Origin: Arcobacter sp.
GTDB lineage: Bacteria > Acidobacteriota > Terriglobia > Bryobacterales > Bryobacteraceae
Length of the DNA stretch: 64,000 nucleotides
Assembly (NCBI GenBank): GCA_020723085.1
Contig: DYJN01000016.1
Span: forward strand, 5,700-69,699
Direction: 5' to 3'
Shown: positions 39,758-48,024 of the stretch, in pieces
How positions within the stretch are numbered: the stretch's first letter is position 1
Layout of the letters: the number at the start of each line of letters is the position of its first letter
Made by a program: the position numbers and the translations under genes
The notes under the pieces: model-generated
What the model saw: only the letters and a program-made list of their open reading frames with translations
What the model was told of the DNA's origin: nothing
Database searches by the model: none

Positions 39758-40953
39758 CGCGCCCCCTCCCGATTCCTCAATGCCGCGCGCAGCACGCCCC
39801 AGCTCGCCATCGGCATCACCGCCGCCGCGACGCACACCGGCGCGAATCCGTAGGCGTCCACCACCCGCCCGGCAACCGGCGAGAACACCCCCTGCAGCGC
39901 TCCGTACACCGCGGTCAGTCCGGATACCGCGAACGCCGCCCGGTGCGCCCCGAACAGGTCCAGCGGCATCGCATAGATGTTCACGCTCGACGCCACGCAG
40001 GCGAAAAACGACAGGCAGATCAGCGCCGTCGCCCATCCCGGCCCCGGCATCCAGGGAACGAAAATCCCGCCCAATAACAGCAAAGACGCCAGCAAAATCG
40101 TCCGCATTCTCGCCGGCGTGACCTCATCCATTCCTTCAGACAGGCGCAGCGTCAGCCATCCTCCCGCCAGCCCTCCCAGCGTCGCAAATATCGGGGGAAT
40201 CCAGGCGAAATGATAATTCGCCTCCGCCTGCGCCAGCCCGTGCTCTCTCACCAGGAACACCGTCGTCCAGTTCACCCACAACGAATACACCGCCATCAGC
40301 AGCACGTTGGAAGCCAGCAGCGCCCAGTACCGCCTGTCCCGCAGAATCCCCTGCACCCCTGCCGCCGCCCCGCCCGCCTCTCCCGGCGGCGCCGGCACGC
40401 GCCTCTCCACCCCAAGCCACAGCGGAATCCACGCAAGTCCCGCCGCCCCCAGCGCCACAAACGCCGCCCGCCACCCGTACAGGCGCGCGATCATCTGCGC
40501 CGCCACCGGCGCCAGGATCGCCCCCGCCGTCAGCCCGATCTGAAACACCGCGCTGCCCAGCGCCCGCTCCCGCGGCGGCAGGTACGCCGCGCTCGCCTTC
40601 CCGGTCGCCGGAACGCCGCCCGCCTCCCCAAGCCCCAGCGCCATCCGGCATGCCATCAGCCCCTGTACGGAATTCACCCATCCCGTCGCCATCCCGGCAA
40701 GCGACCACAGCCCCACCGCCAGCGAACTTCCCCACCGCAATCCCGCCCGGTCAATCAGCCATCCGGCCAACGGAGCACCCGCCGCATAAGCCACAGAAAA
40801 TGCCAGAATGACGTCCCCATATCCTGCCGCTGTCAGCCCGAATTCCGCCATCAATTGCGGCGCTAATGCCGCCAAAATCTGCCGGTCCAGAAAATTGATC
40901 CCGTTGGCCAGCGCAAAAACGCCGATCACCGCCCAGCGCAGCCGCGGCGTCAT
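39754..40953 (-). CDS. MFS transporter (anion:cation symporter/ACS-like)
   Basis: 399 aa from MTPRLRWAVIGVFALANGINFLDRQ.... It has about 12 TM segments. The ATG overlaps the upstream TGA (ATGA at 40950-40953). Confidence 0.85.
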   Translation of the reverse strand: MTPRLRWAVIGVFALANGINFLDRQILAALAPQLMAEFGLTAAGYGDVILAFSVAYAAGAPLAGWLIDRAGLRWGSSLAVGLWSLAGMATGWVNSVQGLMACRMALGLGEAGGVPATGKASAAYLPPRERALGSAVFQIGLTAGAILAPVAAQMIARLYGWRAAFVALGAAGLAWIPLWLGVERRVPAPPGEAGGAAAGVQGILRDRRYWALLASNVLLMAVYSLWVNWTTVFLVREHGLAQAEANYHFAWIPPIFATLGGLAGGWLTLRLSEGMDEVTPARMRTILLASLLLLGGIFVPWMPGPGWATALICLSFFACVASSVNIYAMPLDLFGAHRAAFAVSGLTAVYGALQGVFSPVAGRVVDAYGFAPVCVAAAVMPMASWGVLRAALRNREGAR

Positions 40954-42614
40954 GGGAGGAACTCGACCGACACCACTTCGGCCGCCCCGCCTGCCTGGAC
41001 CGTGTATCCCACTTTCACCCGCCGCGCCGGTCTCTGCACGCCGCAGCTCAGCTGCACCTGCTGCTGCCCGGCGCCGGACACTACCACCTTCCCCGCGTCC
41101 TCGACCGCCATCGTCACCGTCTTGCCCGCCATGTCCTTCAGGATCAGCCTCGCCCGCCTCCCCTGGCACTGCACGTGCTCAAGCGTCCCCGTGAACGTTT
41201 GCGCCGGCGGTCCCTCCCACCAGGGCTCAATCTTCTTGCCCTCCAGCCCCCCTTGGCTCGCCTTCCTTTCCGCCTCCCGGATCCTCTCGAGCGCTTCCCT
41301 CTTCAGCCGCTCCAGCTCGTCCTGCTCTTCCTTCCGCCGCCGTGCACGCTCCGCTGCTTCAGCCTCGAACCGCGCCTGTGCGAACTCCTCCCGCGCCCGC
41401 TCAATTCGTGCGCGCTCTTCCTCGCTCCGCGCCACCCGCTCCGCCGCCCGCCACGCCTTTTCCGCCTCGGCGTACTGCTTCGCCTCTGTCTGCGCCTTCG
41501 CCAGTTGTTGCCAGAGCTCCGGATCCCGTGGCTTCAGCTCTGCCGCCTTCTTCAGCAGGTACGCTTTTCTCACCGGTCCTGCCTCGCGCGCCGCGGCGCG
41601 GATATACGGCTCCGCCCAGCGCGGATTCTTCTGCGCCGCCTCTTCGTACAGCCCCAGCTCCAGCAGCCCCCGCGCGCACCGGTCCCGGTGCGGGTCCATC
41701 AGTTTCTTCATCGCCTCGAACGCCTGCCGCGCCTCATCCTTGGCCCCCTCCTCGAGCAGCGCCAGCCCCAGCCCTTCGAATGCCAGCGGCCCCGGCCTCT
41801 CTTCGATCGCCCGCTGATACGCCCTCCGCACCTCCGCCGCCGGCGCGCCCCGCGCCATCAGCAGGTCCGCCGGCAGGACCCGGAGCCGCGACGGCAGCAT
41901 CGGGACCGCCGGAAACGCCAGCCGCGGATTCAGCGGCCGCCCCGGCATCGTCAATGTCCGGAACTGCCCTGCCGCCAGATATCGCTCCGCGCCTGCTTCG
42001 AACTCCTCCGCCTTCCGCCCGAACGCGTTCCGGAACGCCGTCCCGCGGTCCGCCCCCGCCGCCAGGTTCGACAGCAGCACCCGCGTCCGCGTTGTCGTCG
42101 CTTCGTCCGTCAGCAGCTGTTGCAGCAGCGCCCACTCCCGCGTCCTGTGCTCCGGCGCAGGCGGCGCCCCCAGCGTCACCCGCCCCCCCTCGAGCGTCAT
42201 CGTCGAAAACAGCCGCGCCACCGTCTCCTCCAGCCGCCCCGGCATCCGCTCCCGCCAGTTGTCCTCGATGAACAGCAGCGCCAGCTCGGCGAAAAACTCC
42301 GCTCCCGGCGCCGATCCCGCGGGCCACGCCGTCACCCATCCGTCTCTCGAAAAACCCAGCCGCGGCGGCGGCTCGCCCTTTTGCGGCCGCCTCGCCACCA
42401 CCGTCACCGGCCACACCGTCTGCAGGTCCTTTTTCCCCAGCGTCTCCCCGAACACGAACCGGAACTGCTCCAGACGGTACAGCGCCTCCCGCGCCCGCTC
42501 TTCCCCCGCGTCCGAGTAAACGACAAAAGGCCCGCTTTTTGTTTCAATCCAGTCCGCGCCCGCAAGACGCGCCGCGGCAACCCAAGCGAACAACAGGATC
42601 AGCCGGCTTCCCAT
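40950..42614 (-). CDS. Hypothetical secreted protein with TPR-like and long charged coiled-coil region plus C-terminal beta domain
   Basis: About 554 aa with signal MGSRLILLFAWVAAARLAGA. The middle is helical repeats. A very charged segment reads ERARIERAREEFAQARFEAEAAERARRRKEEQDELERLKREALERIREAERK. GGAG lies 7 nt before ATG 42614; a GTG at 42620 is also possible. Confidence 0.65.
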   Translation of the reverse strand: MGSRLILLFAWVAAARLAGADWIETKSGPFVVYSDAGEERAREALYRLEQFRFVFGETLGKKDLQTVWPVTVVARRPQKGEPPPRLGFSRDGWVTAWPAGSAPGAEFFAELALLFIEDNWRERMPGRLEETVARLFSTMTLEGGRVTLGAPPAPEHRTREWALLQQLLTDEATTTRTRVLLSNLAAGADRGTAFRNAFGRKAEEFEAGAERYLAAGQFRTLTMPGRPLNPRLAFPAVPMLPSRLRVLPADLLMARGAPAAEVRRAYQRAIEERPGPLAFEGLGLALLEEGAKDEARQAFEAMKKLMDPHRDRCARGLLELGLYEEAAQKNPRWAEPYIRAAAREAGPVRKAYLLKKAAELKPRDPELWQQLAKAQTEAKQYAEAEKAWRAAERVARSEEERARIERAREEFAQARFEAEAAERARRRKEEQDELERLKREALERIREAERKASQGGLEGKKIEPWWEGPPAQTFTGTLEHVQCQGRRARLILKDMAGKTVTMAVEDAGKVVVSGAGQQQVQLSCGVQRPARRVKVGYTVQAGGAAEVVSVEFLP

Positions 42615-42629
42615 CGGCACGCTCCGGGT

Positions 42630-44261
42630 TCACGCGATCGGCCCCTGCGTCGCCGACAGGGCCGTCACGATCCTCTCTCTTTCTTTTTCCGCAATCTCCA
42701 CCGTCGAGTCCAGCGCCACCCAGTACGTCGCCCCCGCCACCAGATACCCGCTCAGCAGCACCAGGTAAAACGCCAGCTCCCGCTCAAACGCATACCGCGC
42801 CAGGTACGCCAGCCCGATCGGCGCCATCAGCGCCGGATAGAACAGCACCATCAGCCCCTGCACCCTCCCAGCCGATGCCTGCCGCCAGCTCGACGACGGA
42901 TCCATCGCCCGCGGAGATTTCACGCTCGCCAGGTTCCCGATCGCCAGCAGGAACAGCGCCAGCATCAGCACGCACCCGAACGCCTCCGGGATCTTCGACA
43001 GCGGAAACCGGATCCGCAGCAGGGAAAGCGCCACCGTCACCATCCCGATCTCCGCCAGCAGCGCCAGCACCGCCGTCACGTTCTTCGCCAGGATCACCGT
43101 CCGCAGCCGGATCGGCATCACGAAATACGCCTGCACGGCTGTCCGGTCGAATCCCAGCATGTTCCAGAACAGCACCTCCCCCAGCAGCAGCGCCGCGTAC
43201 AGGCTCACCCACAGCAGCAGCTTTTCCCCCGATCGTTCCTCCCCCCAGTGCCCCCGGAACGCCATCGGCAGCCAGATGATGATGCCAAACGTGAAGCCCA
43301 TGAAAAACACCAGCCGGAAGCGCGCCGAGCGCCCCAGCGTCCGCAGCTCTTTCGTCACCAGCCCCCCCAGCGGATCCGGCATCAGCCGCCCCGGCAGCTC
43401 GTAGACCTTTTCCAGCACGCCGAGCGCCGCAATCCCTCTCCTGCCCCTCTCCTTTGATTGAACCTCCGCCGCGTCCCATCTCAGGCTGCGCCGGAACTGC
43501 GTGTATCCGAACCATGCCGCAAACGCGAGCCACGCCCCCGCGCCCGCCGCCGCCACCGCGGTAAACGTCCCCGTGCTCAGCAGCGCCATCATCGACCACG
43601 GCAGCGGCATCCGCGGCGCCCACGCCGTGTACCTCTGGTGCAACCCGCGCAACTGCTCCGGCGGCACCATCACCATCACCAGTTGCGGCAGCGCCGCCGT
43701 CAGCACGATCGCCAGCACCACCAGTTCCCGCATGCCCCGCCGCGCCAGCAGCCGGCTCAGCAGGTCCCGTACGCCCACCGAAAGCATCAGGTTGAACAGC
43801 ACGAACAGCAGCAGGAACCCCGCCGCCCACGCCGGCGTCAGCGGGCTCCGCGCGAGTCCCGCTGCCACTCCCGCCAGTACGATCAGCACCTCTGTCCCCG
43901 TCGACACCCGGAGCAGCGCTTCCACCAGGAACAGCTTCCGGTAGGAGACCGGATACACCATCAGCCGCTTCAGGTCCAGGCTCATCCCGGACGTCGCCAT
44001 CATCACCGGCATCAGTTGCCAGAACGCCGTCGCGCCCAGCAGGATCGTCGACACCACCGCGATCAGATTCTCCCCGGAGCGCACGTGCGGCAGCGCGGTA
44101 GCCGCCAGCCACGCCAGAAAGCCCACCAGCCCGTACCACACCGCCAGTGAAAGCCAGTAAAACACCCGCCCCGCTCCCACCGAGCCCCCGGTGAAGCGGT
44201 TGTACAGAACCCGGAACTGCGCCCCCACAACCGCCCGGATCTGATCGTCCATCAGACGCAT
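42630..44261 (-). CDS. Large polytopic membrane protein, putative ABC exporter permease
   Basis: 543 aa with about 12 hydrophobic segments. It lies 10 nt downstream of an ABC ATPase gene. I recall no specific motif. Confidence 0.65.
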   Translation of the reverse strand: MRLMDDQIRAVVGAQFRVLYNRFTGGSVGAGRVFYWLSLAVWYGLVGFLAWLAATALPHVRSGENLIAVVSTILLGATAFWQLMPVMMATSGMSLDLKRLMVYPVSYRKLFLVEALLRVSTGTEVLIVLAGVAAGLARSPLTPAWAAGFLLLFVLFNLMLSVGVRDLLSRLLARRGMRELVVLAIVLTAALPQLVMVMVPPEQLRGLHQRYTAWAPRMPLPWSMMALLSTGTFTAVAAAGAGAWLAFAAWFGYTQFRRSLRWDAAEVQSKERGRRGIAALGVLEKVYELPGRLMPDPLGGLVTKELRTLGRSARFRLVFFMGFTFGIIIWLPMAFRGHWGEERSGEKLLLWVSLYAALLLGEVLFWNMLGFDRTAVQAYFVMPIRLRTVILAKNVTAVLALLAEIGMVTVALSLLRIRFPLSKIPEAFGCVLMLALFLLAIGNLASVKSPRAMDPSSSWRQASAGRVQGLMVLFYPALMAPIGLAYLARYAFERELAFYLVLLSGYLVAGATYWVALDSTVEIAEKERERIVTALSATQGPIA

Positions 44262-44271
44262 CGCCTGTCCG

Positions 44272-45039
44272 TCACCTTAGCCAGTCGAGCGCTTCCGTCG
44301 ATCTCGCCGGACCCCCCACCACCCGGACAAAGAGGTCCTCCAGCGTCTCCTCCCCGGCGCGCAACTCTTCCATTGCGCCCTCGACGATCAGCCGCCCCTG
44401 ATGGATGATCGCCACCCGGTCGCACAGCCTCTCCACCACCTCCAGCACGTGCGACGTCAGAAAAATCGTCGCTCCCTGCCTCACCTGCTCGAGCAGAATG
44501 TCTTTCATCAGCCGCGCCCCCACCGCGTCCACGCCCTCGAAGGGTTCGTCCAGCAGGAACAGTTCCGGGCGGTGAATCAGCGCCGCCGCCATCGCCACCC
44601 GCTTCCGCATCCCCTTCGAGTACTCGGCGATCAGCTTCCGTCCCGCCGTGTCCAGCTCGAACAGCTCCATCAGCTCCCCGGCGCGCTTCCTCGCCAGCTC
44701 GCGCCCCAGCCCGTACATCCGCCCCACGAACTCCACGAATTCCAGCCCCGTCAGGTGGTCGAACAGCAGGCTTTCGTCCGGCACCAGCCCGATCCGCGAT
44801 TTGATCTCCAGCGCCTCCTCCGGCATCGCCCGCCCCAGAATCCGGATCTCCCCTTCCGTCGGCGGCGCCAGCCCCATCAGCATCCGGATCGTCGTCGTCT
44901 TGCCCGCTCCGTTCGGTCCCAGAAATCCGAAGAAGCAGCTCCGCTGCACCGTCAGCGTCAGTCCGTCCACCGCCGCTTTCTCCCCGTACACCTTGCGGAG
45001 GCCGCGGATTTCAATGGCTGGGCTGAATTCAGGCGTCAT
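44272..45039 (-). CDS. ABC transporter ATP-binding protein (ABC-2/DrrA-like)
   Basis: 255 aa. Walker A is GPNGAGKTT, the signature is YSKGMRKRV, Walker B is LFLLDEPFEG, and an H-loop TSH is present. Confidence 0.92.
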   Translation of the reverse strand: MTPEFSPAIEIRGLRKVYGEKAAVDGLTLTVQRSCFFGFLGPNGAGKTTTIRMLMGLAPPTEGEIRILGRAMPEEALEIKSRIGLVPDESLLFDHLTGLEFVEFVGRMYGLGRELARKRAGELMELFELDTAGRKLIAEYSKGMRKRVAMAAALIHRPELFLLDEPFEGVDAVGARLMKDILLEQVRQGATIFLTSHVLEVVERLCDRVAIIHQGRLIVEGAMEELRAGEETLEDLFVRVVGGPARSTEALDWLR

Positions 45040-45226
45040 CGCTGCTTCTCCATCCTACCTGTTTCCGCCCATTCCCTTCTTCTCGCGCGTGGTTGCAGCG
45101 GCCAGTCAGGCACGAATCGCAAACGCGCGTCCCTTCCTCCTCTCGCGCCCGGCGCCGCTCCATCCGCCTCCTCCCCCCCCTGCGTTTTTTTGCCTGAGAC
45201 TCTCAACTTCTGCTGCCCTCCAGCCG

Positions 45227-46117
45227 ATGAAGTCGAATGTGAGTCAGAGTATCCTGCCCAAGGTCTCTCCCAGAGACTTGGCTCTCAAAAGTCTCGACCA
45301 GCTTCCGCCCTTTTCGCCGGTGCTCAACCACCTCATGGCCACTTTGGCCGACGAGGATGTCAGCTTCGCCCGCCTCGCCGACCTCATCGAGCGCGACACC
45401 GTCCTCAGCGGCAACGTCCTCCGCCTCGTCAACTCCGCCCTCTACGGCCGCCGCGGCAATGTCAGCAGCGTCCGCGCCGCCGTCTCGATCCTCGGCATCT
45501 ACAAGCTGCGCAACTTCCTCCTCGGCTTCTCCGTTTCCCGCCTGTGGTCCAGAGTCAAGACTCCGGACTCCTGGTCCATGGCCCGCTTCAACGAGCACGC
45601 CATCGCCACCGCCCTCCTCGCCGACCGCCTCGTGCAGAAGACTCCCGCTGAGTACCCGGAAGGCGCTTTCGCCGCCGGGCTCCTCCACGACCTCGGCCGC
45701 CTGATGATCGCCACCGCCTTGCCGGAGGAGCACCTCCGCATCGTTGCCATGCGCGTGGCCAGCGGCAGGCCGCTCGAGCAGTGCGAGTACGCTGTCATCA
45801 ACGCCTCCCACGCCGAGCTTAGCGCCGCCGCCCTCAGCAAATGGAACCTTCCGGCGCCCATCCAGCGGGCCATCCTCTACCACCACCAGCCCGGTCTCGA
45901 TCCCGCCCGCCATTCCATCCCCCATTCTCCGCTCAGCCTCATCCTCTCAGCCGCCAACGCTCTCGCCAACGCCACCGGCCACGGCATCTCCCCCGAGGAC
46001 GAACAGGCCGCTCCCCCGCCTGAGGAGTCTCTCGCCCAACTCCGGCTGTCTCACGACGCCGAATCCATCCTTGCCGCTTTCGAAGAAGACCTCCAGCCCC
46101 TTAAAGCCTCCTTCTGA
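45227..46117 (+). CDS. HDOD domain-containing signalling protein
   Basis: 296 aa from MKSNVSQSILPK.... The HDOD pattern is LPPFSPVLNHLMATLADEDVSFARLADLIERDTVLSGNVLRLVNSALYG...GLLHDLGRL. The upstream part of the track ORF is antisense to the ABC gene. Confidence 0.85.
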   Translation: MKSNVSQSILPKVSPRDLALKSLDQLPPFSPVLNHLMATLADEDVSFARLADLIERDTVLSGNVLRLVNSALYGRRGNVSSVRAAVSILGIYKLRNFLLGFSVSRLWSRVKTPDSWSMARFNEHAIATALLADRLVQKTPAEYPEGAFAAGLLHDLGRLMIATALPEEHLRIVAMRVASGRPLEQCEYAVINASHAELSAAALSKWNLPAPIQRAILYHHQPGLDPARHSIPHSPLSLILSAANALANATGHGISPEDEQAAPPPEESLAQLRLSHDAESILAAFEEDLQPLKASF

Positions 46118-46394
46118 AGCAACGGAGCCCAAGACGAAGCCGCGGCGGAACTGCCTGTCTCCCCGTGCTCCCATCAGAGCCGTGATGAAGCAGACGAGGC
46201 CTGCCGCCGTGATGGACGGGATCACCGTGGCGGAGCGCCACGCGGCGCCGCCGCGACCGCATCAGGTGCGCGCGGGCAAGCCGTGCACCCGCCTCAGCCG
46301 GCCGTTTCCCCGCGCCGCCGCCCTTGCCGGCTTCCGCCCTCGCCCTCGCGCCCGGGCTGCGTCCCGCCGCGCTCCACCCCCCGGCGCTTCTTTC

Positions 46395-47315
46395 TCAGAA
46401 CGTCCCGTAGGACGCCTTCATCTCCGCCAGCGCCTTCAGGGACCGCTGACGGATGTACTGATCCTCTTCCTGATGCAGCAGCTGTTGCAGCGCTCCCGCC
46501 ACGTCCGGCTCCTTCACGTCGGCCAGCAGGTCCACGGCCGCAATCCGCACTCCGGCGTGCTTGTCCGTCAGCAGCGCCTGCGCCAGAGCCTGCCGCGTCT
46601 CCGGATCATGCGCGTATGGCCGCAGCGCCTCCAGAGCCTTCAGCCGCACGCCGGCATTTTCGTCCGTCCTCAGCGCGTTGATCAGCGCCCGCCGCACCTC
46701 CGCGTCCGCCGTGCGGTCCTTCAGCAGATCGATCGATTCCACCCGCACGCCCGGGTCTGTCGGATCGCTCGCCGCAGCCAGCAGCAGCCGCCGGATCCGT
46801 TCGTCTTGGAACGAGCCCCGCAACTCGCGCGGACGGATCTCTTCATACTGCACCCGCACCTCGCCGCTGCTGTTGGTGTCCACCAGCCGCACTCTGCCTA
46901 CCACCGCCGGCGGCGAACTCCGTGCCAGCGGTCCCAGCGCCGCGGAATCCTCCGGCAGCATCCGCGCGCCGAAGAAACCCAGCGTCAGCATCGCCACAGC
47001 CCCCACGGGGCGCATCCACATCGGCGGCGACACCACCCAGCGCTGCCAGATGCCCCGCGCCGCCGTCAAAAATCCCCGCCGCCTGCGCTCCTTTGCGAGC
47101 GCCGCCGCCAGATCCCGCCGGCACCGCGCCAGCAGCTCGGCGCTGACTTGCGCTTCGCCCTCTCCGAGCAGCGCCGTCAGCTTCTCGCACCGCGCGCGCT
47201 CGGCCGAGCACGCGGCGCACGAGGCCAGGTGCTGCTCCACCCGCTCTTCTTCATCGAAGCTCAGCTCGCCGTACAGATACAGCGGAATCAGATCCCGGAC
47301 TTCCTGGCAGCTCAT
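46395..47315 (-). CDS. Anti-sigma factor (zf-HC2) with one TM segment and extracytoplasmic HEAT-like repeats
   Basis: 306 aa from MSCQEVRDLIPLYLYGEL...HLASCAACS.... The TM segment is VGAVAMLTLGFFGA. Repeats DPGVRVESIDLL, NAGVRLKALEAL, HAGVRIAAVDLL and DQYIRQRSLKAL follow. The ATG overlaps the sigma gene stop (ATGA at 47312-47315). Confidence 0.8.
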   Translation of the reverse strand: MSCQEVRDLIPLYLYGELSFDEEERVEQHLASCAACSAERARCEKLTALLGEGEAQVSAELLARCRRDLAAALAKERRRRGFLTAARGIWQRWVVSPPMWMRPVGAVAMLTLGFFGARMLPEDSAALGPLARSSPPAVVGRVRLVDTNSSGEVRVQYEEIRPRELRGSFQDERIRRLLLAAASDPTDPGVRVESIDLLKDRTADAEVRRALINALRTDENAGVRLKALEALRPYAHDPETRQALAQALLTDKHAGVRIAAVDLLADVKEPDVAGALQQLLHQEEDQYIRQRSLKALAEMKASYGTF

Positions 47316-47881
47316 AGGAACTCTCCTAACGCCTGACGCATCTTCTGGGTCGCCCGGAACAGGCAGTTCTTTGCCGCCTCCTCGCTCGATCCCAGCGTCT
47401 CGCCGATCTCCTTGAGCCGCATCCCCTGATAGTGGCGCAGCTCGAACACCAGCCGTTCGCGCGGCGTCAGCCCGGCGAGCGCGTGTTCGATCGATGACCG
47501 CAGCTCCCGGTTCAGCGCCGCCCGCTGCGGATCGCCCGCCGGCCGCGCCTCCGCCACCGCCTCCAGCCGGTCCACCACTCCCTCGTCCGTCTCCACCGTT
47601 GCCTGCTCGGTCCGCCTCACCTTCCGCTTCCGCAGCAGATCCAGACAGAGGTTCGTGGCGATGCGGTACAGCCACGTGGAGAATTGGCAGTCGAACCGGA
47701 AATTGCCCAGATTGCGGAAGACGCGCAGGAACGTCTCCTGATACACATCGTGCGCGTCCTCGGAGTCGCGCAGCAGGTTCATCGCCAGCCGCAGCACCTG
47801 CTGATCGTAGGAGCGCACCAGCCGCTCGAAGGCCTCAGCGTCGCCAGCCTGCGCGGCGCGGATCGTGGCAGCCTCGTCCAT
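47312..47881 (-). CDS. ECF (sigma-70 family, group 4) RNA polymerase sigma factor
   Basis: 189 aa from MDEAATIRAAQAGDAEAFERLV.... Region 2 is DVYQETFLRVFRNL and region 4 is MRLKEIGETLGSSEEAAKNCLFRA. The upstream extension of the track ORF is not sigma-like. Confidence 0.85.
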   Translation of the reverse strand: MDEAATIRAAQAGDAEAFERLVRSYDQQVLRLAMNLLRDSEDAHDVYQETFLRVFRNLGNFRFDCQFSTWLYRIATNLCLDLLRKRKVRRTEQATVETDEGVVDRLEAVAEARPAGDPQRAALNRELRSSIEHALAGLTPRERLVFELRHYQGMRLKEIGETLGSSEEAAKNCLFRATQKMRQALGEFL

Positions 47882-48024
47882 GCATGTTTCCTGCCGGGCG
47901 CTCGTGCAGGCGCCGCCTTCGATCGCCAGTGTTGCTCCCGGTTCCGTCATGATTCCTCGGCAGGGCAGAGTACGCCCTCGCCAGGAACAGACGGACGGGG
48001 AAGAAAAACGTCTCGCCGGAAAAG

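Noticed and set aside
41175-43457. 760-aa plus-strand ORF
   Set aside because: It is antisense to the coiled-coil protein and permease genes. Its Pro/Arg/Gln-rich composition is implausible for a protein.
45947-46225. 92-aa minus-strand ORF starting with a hydrophobic peptide (MIPSITAAGLVCFITALMG) in the HDOD/anti-sigma convergent gap
   Set aside because: Two thirds of it overlap the HDOD gene 3' end on the opposite strand. No SD is present and the remainder has a GC-artefact-like composition.
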